Origin: a virus
Lineage: Duplodnaviria; Caudoviricetes
DNA: 64,000 bases
Direction: 5' to 3' (one strand)
IMG/VR virus record: IMGVR_UViG_3300032007_000023
Location: 64,001 to 128,000 of that record
Below the pieces are notes generated by a model. That model worked only from the letters and a program-made list of their open reading frames with translations, was not told the origin of the DNA and searched no databases. Positions 31,338 through 41,522 of this stretch are shown one piece after another; within the stretch, counting starts at the first letter, position 1, and each line of letters starts with the position of its first letter. Position numbers and translations under genes: made by a program.

Positions 31338-31763
31338 ATGGCAACTAACAAACCCTTTTCATTCGCTGCTCTTGCTAATTACGGCAACAGCACAGCAGCT
31401 CCCGCTACTAACTTCCAGAAGGCTTTCGTACAGGATGCAAAGAAGTTCGTAGCAAAGTGTGGTTATCCTGGAAAGGATGAGATCGGCATCATGGATGAGA
31501 AGACACCTGATGTAACAAACACAGTGTCTGCAATTCCTGAGTTCGTGTCAGGCTTTATGCATGATGAACAGAGAGCTTTCGATCTTCCTGCACCCGATAA
31601 GAACACTGCTCCTGCAACAATCAAGGTTGAACATGTTGAGGAGAAGAAGTCCGAGGGTATCCAGGCAATGGGTCCTAACAAGGGACAGAAGTGGACTTCT
31701 GTTGTGGCAGCTCATGATGAACCTAAGATCAAGGTTAAGCGTGACGCTTTCAAGAAGAAGTAA
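31338..31763 (+). CDS. highly expressed small protein, possibly HU-like DNA-binding
   Basis: AGGAGG SD, strong codon bias; C-terminus weakly resembles the HU beta-arm. Confidence 0.45.
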   Translation: MATNKPFSFAALANYGNSTAAPATNFQKAFVQDAKKFVAKCGYPGKDEIGIMDEKTPDVTNTVSAIPEFVSGFMHDEQRAFDLPAPDKNTAPATIKVEHVEEKKSEGIQAMGPNKGQKWTSVVAAHDEPKIKVKRDAFKKK

Positions 31764-31779
31764 TTAATCAAAGAAACAT

Positions 31780-31811
31780 TAACAGGGGATTCGTCCCCTG
31801 TTATTTGTTTT
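31780..31811 (+). terminator. intrinsic terminator
   Basis: taacagggga-ttcg-tcccctgtta followed by a T-rich tract. Confidence 0.85.
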
Positions 31812-31841
31812 TATAATTTTATGTAGAAAGGACTGATAAAC

Positions 31842-32897
31842 ATGAGTGATCTAATGTACAATCCCCATCCGGTAGATATTGTTGAAGATAGGTTCGCACC
31901 TATAGAGAAACGTCAACGTGACTTAACTAAGATGCTTCTTGCTAAAGATGGTCTCTTATTGAAATTCATAACTAATCCAACGAATGACGAAATAGCTATA
32001 GCTGTTAAACAAAATGGTGACGCAATAAAGTTCGTATCCAAAGAAAAACACACAGATGATTTGATGTGGGAAGCTATTAGAAGTAATCCTCATTCTATAT
32101 GGTATATGGATAAGAACAAACTAAAGACTCAATTATATATAACGGCTGTGACCACACCTTATACGGGTAATGATCATCCCGTGCATTTACTAAAAACACA
32201 GGATAAGATGGCACCATATCTTGCATTCATTTCACATAATCCACATAATTTCCGAGATATCATAGATGATATAAGAGGACTTGAATTTGAACATTTGATA
32301 TGGAAATATGCTATTTCCAATTGGCAATATTCATTCAATGATGTTTTTGAGACCAAAATTATGTGTCCTATAGAGATACAAGCAAAAATAGTCGATGAAG
32401 TTGTTCGTAGGAATCCTCAACTTCTCGAGATTTTTGACAAATCATTCTGGACAGAAGAACGTGTAAAGAATTATGTCATTTCAAATCCAGTACATGTGCA
32501 TACTGTGTGGGGTCATATCGATATGTCTACAGGCGATTTATATAGATTAGCATTTGACAACTGTAAAGATTCATGGGACGTGATGAGTGTTCTCAATGTT
32601 TATCCGTGCTATGATAAGGAAAGAACAACCGATGAGATGGTGAAAGTCCTTGAAAGTAAACGATGGGATGATATAATAAATCGAGGCATATTCTCTGTAT
32701 TTGCTGAAACAAGAGAAAATGCAGAGTATATAATCGATAGATTCGCGTTCGAAGAGTTAGCTGATAAAGTAAAAGATTATCGACTCAAGGCGATAATTGA
32801 ATTATTACCATTCTTCAAGCGTATCAAATATAAGCATAAGCTCAAGAAATATGTCAAAAATAAAAAGGAGGAAAATAAAAATGAGCAGACTGTTTGA
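31842..32897 (+). CDS. DUF4116-like helical repeat protein
   Basis: KDGLLLKFI..AVKQNGDAIKFV..EAIRSNPHSIWYM repeats. Confidence 0.65.
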   Translation: MSDLMYNPHPVDIVEDRFAPIEKRQRDLTKMLLAKDGLLLKFITNPTNDEIAIAVKQNGDAIKFVSKEKHTDDLMWEAIRSNPHSIWYMDKNKLKTQLYITAVTTPYTGNDHPVHLLKTQDKMAPYLAFISHNPHNFRDIIDDIRGLEFEHLIWKYAISNWQYSFNDVFETKIMCPIEIQAKIVDEVVRRNPQLLEIFDKSFWTEERVKNYVISNPVHVHTVWGHIDMSTGDLYRLAFDNCKDSWDVMSVLNVYPCYDKERTTDEMVKVLESKRWDDIINRGIFSVFAETRENAEYIIDRFAFEELADKVKDYRLKAIIELLPFFKRIKYKHKLKKYVKNKKEENKNEQTV

Positions 32898-33441
32898 TTT
32901 ATTAAGTGAAGACACTAAAAAGGCAAAGGAATATTTGACAAATCCGTCGAAGGAGGAAACATTAGCTGCTGTAAAAGAAATCGAAAAAGAGTATGAGACA
33001 CATAAAGCTGTGGAAACACCCGTTCCTTCTGATGCAAAAACTCCGTATGGATCAACACCTAAATATCTTGAAGGAATAGACATCGATAGACTTGTTCATG
33101 GTGATCCTACCATTCCACTTCTTAAGAAACAGAAATGGGAAGAAGCAAAGAAGTACGGATATGAGTTCACCGAAATACCTAGTGGTGATTTACTTGAAAA
33201 TGAATATACAGAGATCACACAGCTTGTTGAACTCCGTCGTCTTGTAAAGAAGATCATATTCCAGTACAGGACTGATGATGAGATCTATAAGACTGGTAAG
33301 AAGTTTGTAATGTTACTCAAACAGGAAATCAATAAAAAATGTACTGTTTATGATAACAGATCATTTGGTATGAAAGAAGAAGATATTACAATTATAAAGA
33401 GGGGTGATAAAGATGGAAGAATCGACGGCATTGAGGATTGA
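32881..33441 (+). CDS. hypothetical protein
   Basis: AAGGAGG SD before the ATG at 32881. Confidence 0.65.
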   Translation: MSRLFDLLSEDTKKAKEYLTNPSKEETLAAVKEIEKEYETHKAVETPVPSDAKTPYGSTPKYLEGIDIDRLVHGDPTIPLLKKQKWEEAKKYGYEFTEIPSGDLLENEYTEITQLVELRRLVKKIIFQYRTDDEIYKTGKKFVMLLKQEINKKCTVYDNRSFGMKEEDITIIKRGDKDGRIDGIED

Positions 33442-33592
33442 AGATGAGCTTCATAACATCAATCTCAATTTGATGGAGCTTATAGAAGTTATTAAAAAGA
33501 AACAAGAAACACCTAAGCATTCTTCTTCTATTTCTATCGGTTGTATCAGAACCGATTATGGTACTACTGGTGGACCGATGAGTACAAAATAA
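33413..33592 (+). CDS. small hypothetical protein
   Basis: GAGGGGTG SD before the ATG at 33413. Confidence 0.5.
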   Translation: MEESTALRIEDELHNINLNLMELIEVIKKKQETPKHSSSISIGCIRTDYGTTGGPMSTK

Positions 33593-33596
33593 ATTA

Positions 33597-33618
33597 TACG
33601 GGGGCAATTGCCCCCGTA
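33597..33618. terminator. bidirectional terminator
   Basis: Perfect palindrome tacgggggcaattgcccccgta between convergent genes, followed by a T tract. Confidence 0.8.
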
Positions 33619-33630
33619 CATTATTTTTTT

Positions 33631-36600
33631 TTAATTTCCCATCGCAAGTCTTAATACTTGATCTGGGATATTGTCATTGTCAAACAGATCTGGATCATAT
33701 CCATCTGTTGATGGAGGTATTGGAGTTGTATCTGTTGGGTCCACTTTCTTAATGAGCTCTTCTAATAACTCTTCAACACGCCGTGCGCGTACATTGAAAG
33801 TCATCTTACTCATCTTATCTAATATATCTATATTGCGTGATGTATCAGATACGATTGTGTATTTAGTTACTGTCTGACCACTTGTTGTACCAAGTTCCTC
33901 ATCAGTAAACTTAGACAGATCAACATCTGGTATATCAGTAGACACATTATCATTTGCAGCCTGAGTTAATGTATCATACCAGAAGTCACCGCTACCATAA
34001 ACCGTGGTGATTTTCTTACTTGTATCATCTGGCATGTATGGACCAGCACTAGTATACATCGTTTTATTTTTCGCATTTGTAAATCCACCGCGATGTTGAC
34101 CCTGGTTGGAATTTCCATTAGAACCAGAAGGATTATAGTTATTAAAGTATGTCAATGGGTTTATCTGAGATCCATCGCTCGATGAACCAGTAAACTTATC
34201 AGCCTTATTGATGTTATAATGCAAATGGGCACCACCTGATGAACCCGTATCACCGACATAACCAAGGAGTTGTCCTGGTTCGATTTTATCTCCTTTACTA
34301 ACGAGAGGATCATCTCTCATATGCATATACCAGTGTAAGTATCCCGCATCATCAAGCCATCTTACATTGTTACCACAACCGCCATTTGAACCATCCTTCG
34401 GTCTTGCACCACCTTGAACCTGATCAACAGTACCACTACATGTAGCATGTGCTTCTTGACCTTCAGTTGCACCTGATGACCACCAGAGATCAATACCGCC
34501 ATGTCCACCACCGCTTGATCCTTCACCTTTAGAGTTAGGGTTATCACGTTTACCAAACCAGTTCTCAGCACCTGATACAACAGTACCATTAGTGGTCTTA
34601 CCAAAGAATTCATGAAGAGGTGAATTTCCAGAAGGAACGCCAGAAATATTTGTCTCTGTTATTGTTGGTATACCATAATCAGCAAGAGCAACACCACCGT
34701 CAGAAACAAAGTAACCATCACCAAGAGCATGATTTGTCATTGATGATATGAATCTACCAACAATGCTGTTACTATCCGTATCAGATTTAACCGTAGTAGA
34801 TGCAGGCACAACGTGATTCTCCATCTCACTATAGATAGCTTGAGCATTGTTACGTCTTGTATCAATACCACCATTTCTACCAAGCATTGTTGATGATGGG
34901 TTCCTATTACCCTTACCGCCACCAGCTTCGTATTGAGTCATCCATACATCAGCAGCCTTAACAACATCATCCTTACCATAACTATTGAGATCATCGAGAA
35001 TCCAGCTATAGTTACCTGTAAGCTCTTGTTTGATAAGTCCGAGCTGAGTAGAAAGATCTCTCCAGTCGGTACCATTCTCCTTTGAATAATCCATAAGAAG
35101 TTGACCACGACCACCGGTCCATTGTGCAAGACCAAAACCAGGGTAGTAGTGACCATCGTTACTCTTATAACCACTCTCAGAAATACCAACGCCCGATCTA
35201 TAGTACATTGGGAAGAGCTTGTCCGTTGTATATGCATCCATCGTTGAATTATCCTTCGTTGCATTCTTTACTGTATCAGCATCAAATGCATAGTAGCCTT
35301 CGAGTGTTCCTGGAGATAATCCTGATTCGGCTTGGAATACACCCATTACACCAGCAGCAGCTTTCTTAGAAAGACCAATGCTGTTAACGAGGAAGTTGAA
35401 TATCTGTTCTTTCTCGGTACCACCTGTGAGTTCTTCGTTACCACCTTCTTGGAATTTCCAATATGTCAACGGGTTTACATAACCATCGTCACCAGTATTA
35501 CCATATGGACCCATCTTGGTTACAATATAACGAAGTAATTCATTATTGGAATTACCTCTTTCACCAGTATCACCAGTATCACCAACATGACCTATGAGCT
35601 GACCGGGTTCGAGATTAGCACCTTCTTTGATCTTATTATCAATATCAGCAAGATGTAAGTACCAATGGTACATACCAGCTTCGTCACGCCACTTAACGTG
35701 ATTTCCAAGACCACCATTAGGATCTTTTCCACCATGTTTACCACCAGTACCAACGTATGTTATTGTACCGCCAGTGATAGCATGAGCTTCAGGTTTGCCT
35801 TCCTTAGATGTGCTTTGAGTGAATGATATTGCAATACCCTCATGTGGATCACCTTGTGAACCAACACCTTCCTTTGATACAGGAGCATCAGTATGTTCAA
35901 ACCATCCACCGTTAAGTGTAGAAGCATTAATAACGCTTTTACCAGATGTCTTTGCAAAGAAGTCGTGTACAGGAGATTTACCAGATGACACGCCTTCGAT
36001 TTGAGGTTCTGTATATTCAATAGGAGAATAAGGAGCCATGATAGCACCCTTATCTGATTCAAACGCTTCCTCAGCATCTGCTTCGGCTTCAATTTGATCA
36101 CTACTAAGAGAACCATATTGTTTCTTAGCAGTTTCAAATCCTTCTTGAACTTCATCAGCGCCTGCAGCAAGCAATTTACCGAATTCACCCATCTTGTCAG
36201 CATACTGCTGAGCTCCGAGTTGGACAATGTATGAAGCACCTTCGGACTCAAACTTTTTATTTATACGAGCCTCATAGTCCTCATCAGATTCTCCTTCTTC
36301 CTTAGGATATTTCTCCTTAAGTTTAGCCATAGCTTGTTCTTGGAGAGCAGTATATTCTTCTTCAGAAAGTTTCTGTTTGATTGTTTCTGCATTCTGTTTA
36401 TCTTTAGCAGCAGAACGTTCTTTATTGATCTTATCTTCCTTAGAAGGTCCTTGGAACATTCCAGTGAATTGTGATGTGAGTTTCTTAAGACTCTCGAACA
36501 TGTTTGTTGTTTCTTCATCAAATCCGTACTCCTCATATTCATTATCACCAGAACCATAGAGTCCCAGTTTAGAATTAAGAGCAAAGTTAGACGCAGATTG

Positions 36601-39600
36601 ACGTTCAACCCTTCCTGACATAGGATTGGAAACGTATACTCCACCATTCTTATCAGTACCAACCACGTTAACGTAGTGATTATTACCAGGCTTTGTACCA
36701 AATCCTGCACCAGATCCAAGTACTGTGATTGGGTTTGAAGGAGATGCATTCTTAAGTGATGTTGTAGTTACACCACCAGGACGCATATTCATACCCATTG
36801 CATTACCCATAGAAACCATAGATCCAGCGGATGAACCTCTTCTCGGATCATACATACCAGAACCCATCATAGCAGATGCGAGGGTTCTTGGATCTGCTTT
36901 ACCACCACTACGACGGTTATATGCATCAGCCAATGCAACAGGACCACATCCATGTTCGGACATATTCATATATCCGCCATATGAATGCTGATTCATTGTT
37001 GTATTACCAGAGCCATAAGTATATGACCAGTTGTTTGTGATGTTGTTTGTATTGGTTGTGTTAACATCACCACTACCCATATCATATCCAAGTTTTGCTT
37101 CTGGTATATCATAACTTGATTCAGGTTCACTTGTATCTTCTTCCTCATCAGCAGGAGAAATAATACTCTTAGCCAGAGAAACAAGACCATTGATACCTTC
37201 CTTCATTTGTTCAACACCAGCAGATATCATTGACTTAGAAGAATCAAGCATTCCATCCGCTGTACTTTCAACACTCTTACCAAGTTTCTTCAAAGGTCTA
37301 CCAACTAACGGAACCTTACCAAGTACGCCAAGTATGGAACCAAAGATCTTAAGTTCTGCACCGAGTAATCCTATGATAATACCCATACCTATTTGAAGTG
37401 CACCAGACATGATCTTCATTGTGTATCCGATACCTTCAATGATTGGCGACAAGAAGTCAAGTGTTAAGAGTATAGGCATCATTATAACATCAAGCAAGAT
37501 GTTAATGAGATCAAGTATAGGATTGAGGATATCCATTATTGCTTCCATAATAGGATTAATTACATCAACGAGTGTTTTTACTATAACAACAATTGACTCA
37601 GCTATAGCAGTAACAGCACCCTTGAGTGCTTCTATCATAGGAGTGAGAGCTTCAAGTATCTCTCCGAAAGCATCATTTAACGGTTCAAGACCCTCTGTAA
37701 GAATTCCCATTACAGCATCCTTGATAGCTTGAAGTCCTTCCATACCCATTACGATAGAAAGAACGAGTTCACCAATACCCATTAAGGCTTGTGTGAAACC
37801 ACCGAATATTTTACCAAGATCTCCTAAAGCACCGAGACCACCAGCTGCTCCACCAGCAGCACCGGCTGCACTAGCACCTTCAGCCGCGGCGGCTCCTTCT
37901 GCTGCGCCTTCAGCAGCAACTGCTCCTGTTGCAGCTAATGATGTACCACCTGTTGCTAAAGCCGCACCAGCTGTCACGAGTGTGTCTGTCATATCAGCAC
38001 CACCGGTATCAACAGGAAGTGGTGTTCCATCATCTGATTCAGCTTCCTTTACATCCTTATGGAATACATCTACACTTTTCAGGATTTTGCCAAGGAAGTC
38101 ACAGATCGATACGAAAGGAGTTTTCTTAGCTTCGTTTACAGGCTCGGTCATTACATCAGTAAGATCACCGAGTCGTTCAGTAGTATATGATTCATGACGA
38201 GCTTTTTCGTTTTGTTTCTTTTGACGAGCTTTCTTTGCATCATCAAAACCTTTCATAAAGCCTTGACCAAAACGAGTACTTCTGAAAGCCGTACCAGCAC
38301 GCTTTAAGATACCGGGTTTCTTTTCATCGCCAGAATCATCTTTATTCTTTTTGAACTTATTTACAATTTTGGAGATACCTTCAGTGGTTTTGGTGAAAAT
38401 TCCACTGAACATTTTAGCTCCCAATTTATAGAAGCCTTTGAGACCATTGACTGCAAGCTTTGTTACACCGACAACACCTTTGACCATAGTGATCATAGGT
38501 TTCATCAAAGGTTTGATTATACCGGAATCACGTATAGGTTTTCCGTTTTCATCCTTGATAACTTCACCATTTTCATCTCGACGCTTTGCACCAAAGAAAC
38601 CTTCACCCATTGATTTAAGACCAAATACAATGTCAGTGACACCCTTTGTAGCAAGCCTACCAACGAATTTGGCTATCTTACCAAGAACAGAACCAACCTT
38701 CTTGAAACCACCGCCGACAACATCAATTATTTCTTTGAACTTGTCGCCGATAGAACCAAATGGACTGCTTTGTGCATCTTCTTCACCAACAGGTGATTCT
38801 TGTAGAACAGATCCAATGTCAGGAGTTTCACCAGCTTCTATAGCTGCTTGACCTTTTTCACGCTTGGCTTTTATTTCTTGTATCTTATTAATACATTTAA
38901 CCTGATGATTCAATGCTTGTCTTAATTGCTTATTTTCGATACAAGTAATTATTTCCTTTGCACCATCAAGGTCATCACTCTTTATACATTGAATAGCAAG
39001 CTCAACACCGACACGATCGTCAGCGTCTTCAACTTGTTCTGGTGTCAATGTAAAGTTATCGACAGCGTCTTGTGCACCTTTAAGAATCTTTTCATCTTTA
39101 TTATATATAGCATTATTAGCAAGACGAGATCCGGTGTTCTTAAGATTCTGGAAGCGTTCGTTACCAGATAATTTACCACTTATCTTATCACGAATCTTAC
39201 CACCAGTTTCTTTTATTGTATCGATAGCAGAGTGAGCCTTTTCTGAAATATTTGCTTTAGCAGCATCATAACGACTATCGTATTTAATACTACCAGGTAT
39301 TGCTTCAGAAACTTTTTGACGAAGGTTATGTGTTTCACCGGTTATTTCACCTTTAGCCTTGTCAATTAATTCACGACCTTTACCGCCTTCTTTGAAAAAG
39401 CCCTTAAAGTCACCATTGATGAATTTTGCTCCTAAATCTCTCATTGATGCGGCACCTAACATACCCAGCATGTTAGATAAGAATCCACCACCAGCGGACT
39501 TTACGGCACCGGCAATACCTTCACCACCAGCAAGACCACTTATGGTTTGCTGTATACCATCCGTAACAGCCTTCTTGAATATCTTTTCATCAGAACCACC

Positions 39601-41448
39601 AGAAGACATAGCGGCTCCTATGAGAGCACCGAACTTACCATCAGATATCTGTTGCTTAACAGACTGACGACCGAGATCGTAGTCTTCAAACATCCAAGAA
39701 GGATTTTTCTGACTGAGGACCTTTACATTGATACCTCTATTGAGTATACCAAAGATACCTCTTATGAAGTCTCCTTGTGAATGTTTTCCATCAAGATAAA
39801 AGGTATCATCTCTTTTTATTTTAAGAGACGCATCATCTGTTGTTGCTTGTGGTTTAGGAGTATTATCAGTCTTTATATCAGGCTTACCATTAGGAGCATT
39901 CGTTTTAACAAACTGAGAAGCAAACATATCATATGTTATTACACCAGCTTGAATTGCTTCAGGTTTACCTGACTTGGCGAATGACTCGGCTGAACTCATC
40001 ATATTCTTGAGAGAACTGTTAACATTCTGAACAAACTTTGCAGAATTCATCATACCAGATGAAAGCTGAAGTACGATAGATTGACAAAGACTTGACCAGT
40101 ATTGAGGATCATTCTTAACAAGACACAATGTCTTTACCGCACTCATTATGTACGGTGTCATATCACCTTTAAGATCTGATGCAGATAATGTTTTTCCTTT
40201 GTCATAAAGGTGCATTACTATTACACCAGTAAGAGCTTGTGATGCAGTATCTATATCAGCAACATTAAGCTTATCACCAAGGATCTTCTTAGCAGATATT
40301 GTTATTCCCTTACTGGCTGTGTCGCTTAAACCCGTTGATGCAAAAGCATTCTTTGTTACTTCATCAAACTTGTTCTTCCGTGCACCCTTAACAAGTCTAC
40401 CACGTTGATCAACATGATAGCTTTCACCAGATAATGCTTCATTAATCTTACTAAGATATTCAGGAATGATATTAACGATAGACATTCTTGTCATTCCATC
40501 AAATAAAGCTTTCTTGGTGTTGTATGTATTAGCAGCTATAGTGCTATAATCCTTATTACCTTCAAACTGAGTAAGGTCACCAAATAAAGTCTTGAAACCA
40601 GAGCTCTTTATTAAGTTTCCTAAACCGGTCTGTATAGCAGTACCAACGGCTTCATTGAACTTCTTACCCATGTCATCGATAGAATTACCACCGAGAACAT
40701 CAAGCTTCTTTCCAGTACCAAATCCCATTAAGAATTTAGCAACATCGACAGGTCCACCACCATTGGTCAGCATCTGTGCAAATATAGAAGCAGTCTGTAT
40801 AGCACTATTGTTAGAAGCATTCTGCTTTGCTTGGTCGAAGATTCTCTTTAGTGAAAGATTACCTGTAGAATCATATATACCTGATTTATCTTCTGCCTTA
40901 GACTCTTCAATTTCAACTGTTTGAAGTTTAATGAGCTTATCTAATCTATCACTAATACCAATCAATGACTTGTTGATATTGTTCATTGATGTAATCATTT
41001 CAGATGTTCTATTATTAAGAACAGAAACAATTTCAGCAGTATTAGCAACGGATTGTTCTGCTTGACGACGACCAATCTTAATCATAGCATTGGTTTGCTT
41101 TTCGGTAATATTGGTCATTGATTCGAGTGTAAGACCGCTAGTAGTTTTTTCTCCATCAAGCTTTGGCTCTTCGTTTGAATCTATCTTAAAACCCGCATCA
41201 AAATCATCACCAGAGGAAGCATCATAAGAATTTTCTTCATTATAGAACCAATCCGATATCTTCTTTGTGATGTTAGTCGCTTTGAGTTTCGCAAAAGTAT
41301 CAGAAGCATCAGTTGTAGATTTGACTATTGAGTTCTTAACATCTTTAGCATCATTAATAAATGATGTAAGATTAGAAGTATAGTCTTGTCCGATTTCTTT
41401 CGTAGCTTGTCCAAGTATTTCCAAACTACGAGAAACCAATTTATTCAT
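33631..41448 (-). CDS. tape-measure-like tail protein with C39-like peptidase, two M23 domains and a phage tail lysozyme domain
   Basis: AAGGAGG SD; long helical/amphipathic region; GCGPVALA...NHYV (C39); AAAGVMGVFQAES...GFGLAQWT (tail lysozyme); HGGID...HM...GAHLH (M23). Confidence 0.85.
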   Translation of the reverse strand: MNKLVSRSLEILGQATKEIGQDYTSNLTSFINDAKDVKNSIVKSTTDASDTFAKLKATNITKKISDWFYNEENSYDASSGDDFDAGFKIDSNEEPKLDGEKTTSGLTLESMTNITEKQTNAMIKIGRRQAEQSVANTAEIVSVLNNRTSEMITSMNNINKSLIGISDRLDKLIKLQTVEIEESKAEDKSGIYDSTGNLSLKRIFDQAKQNASNNSAIQTASIFAQMLTNGGGPVDVAKFLMGFGTGKKLDVLGGNSIDDMGKKFNEAVGTAIQTGLGNLIKSSGFKTLFGDLTQFEGNKDYSTIAANTYNTKKALFDGMTRMSIVNIIPEYLSKINEALSGESYHVDQRGRLVKGARKNKFDEVTKNAFASTGLSDTASKGITISAKKILGDKLNVADIDTASQALTGVIVMHLYDKGKTLSASDLKGDMTPYIMSAVKTLCLVKNDPQYWSSLCQSIVLQLSSGMMNSAKFVQNVNSSLKNMMSSAESFAKSGKPEAIQAGVITYDMFASQFVKTNAPNGKPDIKTDNTPKPQATTDDASLKIKRDDTFYLDGKHSQGDFIRGIFGILNRGINVKVLSQKNPSWMFEDYDLGRQSVKQQISDGKFGALIGAAMSSGGSDEKIFKKAVTDGIQQTISGLAGGEGIAGAVKSAGGGFLSNMLGMLGAASMRDLGAKFINGDFKGFFKEGGKGRELIDKAKGEITGETHNLRQKVSEAIPGSIKYDSRYDAAKANISEKAHSAIDTIKETGGKIRDKISGKLSGNERFQNLKNTGSRLANNAIYNKDEKILKGAQDAVDNFTLTPEQVEDADDRVGVELAIQCIKSDDLDGAKEIITCIENKQLRQALNHQVKCINKIQEIKAKREKGQAAIEAGETPDIGSVLQESPVGEEDAQSSPFGSIGDKFKEIIDVVGGGFKKVGSVLGKIAKFVGRLATKGVTDIVFGLKSMGEGFFGAKRRDENGEVIKDENGKPIRDSGIIKPLMKPMITMVKGVVGVTKLAVNGLKGFYKLGAKMFSGIFTKTTEGISKIVNKFKKNKDDSGDEKKPGILKRAGTAFRSTRFGQGFMKGFDDAKKARQKKQNEKARHESYTTERLGDLTDVMTEPVNEAKKTPFVSICDFLGKILKSVDVFHKDVKEAESDDGTPLPVDTGGADMTDTLVTAGAALATGGTSLAATGAVAAEGAAEGAAAAEGASAAGAAGGAAGGLGALGDLGKIFGGFTQALMGIGELVLSIVMGMEGLQAIKDAVMGILTEGLEPLNDAFGEILEALTPMIEALKGAVTAIAESIVVIVKTLVDVINPIMEAIMDILNPILDLINILLDVIMMPILLTLDFLSPIIEGIGYTMKIMSGALQIGMGIIIGLLGAELKIFGSILGVLGKVPLVGRPLKKLGKSVESTADGMLDSSKSMISAGVEQMKEGINGLVSLAKSIISPADEEEDTSEPESSYDIPEAKLGYDMGSGDVNTTNTNNITNNWSYTYGSGNTTMNQHSYGGYMNMSEHGCGPVALADAYNRRSGGKADPRTLASAMMGSGMYDPRRGSSAGSMVSMGNAMGMNMRPGGVTTTSLKNASPSNPITVLGSGAGFGTKPGNNHYVNVVGTDKNGGVYVSNPMSGRVERQSASNFALNSKLGLYGSGDNEYEEYGFDEETTNMFESLKKLTSQFTGMFQGPSKEDKINKERSAAKDKQNAETIKQKLSEEEYTALQEQAMAKLKEKYPKEEGESDEDYEARINKKFESEGASYIVQLGAQQYADKMGEFGKLLAAGADEVQEGFETAKKQYGSLSSDQIEAEADAEEAFESDKGAIMAPYSPIEYTEPQIEGVSSGKSPVHDFFAKTSGKSVINASTLNGGWFEHTDAPVSKEGVGSQGDPHEGIAISFTQSTSKEGKPEAHAITGGTITYVGTGGKHGGKDPNGGLGNHVKWRDEAGMYHWYLHLADIDNKIKEGANLEPGQLIGHVGDTGDTGERGNSNNELLRYIVTKMGPYGNTGDDGYVNPLTYWKFQEGGNEELTGGTEKEQIFNFLVNSIGLSKKAAAGVMGVFQAESGLSPGTLEGYYAFDADTVKNATKDNSTMDAYTTDKLFPMYYRSGVGISESGYKSNDGHYYPGFGLAQWTGGRGQLLMDYSKENGTDWRDLSTQLGLIKQELTGNYSWILDDLNSYGKDDVVKAADVWMTQYEAGGGKGNRNPSSTMLGRNGGIDTRRNNAQAIYSEMENHVVPASTTVKSDTDSNSIVGRFISSMTNHALGDGYFVSDGGVALADYGIPTITETNISGVPSGNSPLHEFFGKTTNGTVVSGAENWFGKRDNPNSKGEGSSGGGHGGIDLWWSSGATEGQEAHATCSGTVDQVQGGARPKDGSNGGCGNNVRWLDDAGYLHWYMHMRDDPLVSKGDKIEPGQLLGYVGDTGSSGGAHLHYNINKADKFTGSSSDGSQINPLTYFNNYNPSGSNGNSNQGQHRGGFTNAKNKTMYTSAGPYMPDDTSKKITTVYGSGDFWYDTLTQAANDNVSTDIPDVDLSKFTDEELGTTSGQTVTKYTIVSDTSRNIDILDKMSKMTFNVRARRVEELLEELIKKVDPTDTTPIPPSTDGYDPDLFDNDNIPDQVLRLAMGN

Positions 41449-41487
41449 TCAACACCCACCTCCTTTGTAGTATGGATGATAAAATAA

Positions 41488-41518
41488 AGAATGGGCACAT
41501 TATGTGCCCATTCTCTTT
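41488..41518. terminator. hairpin, possible terminator
   Basis: agaatgggcaca-tta-tgtgcccattct. Confidence 0.65.
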
Positions 41519-41522
41519 AATA

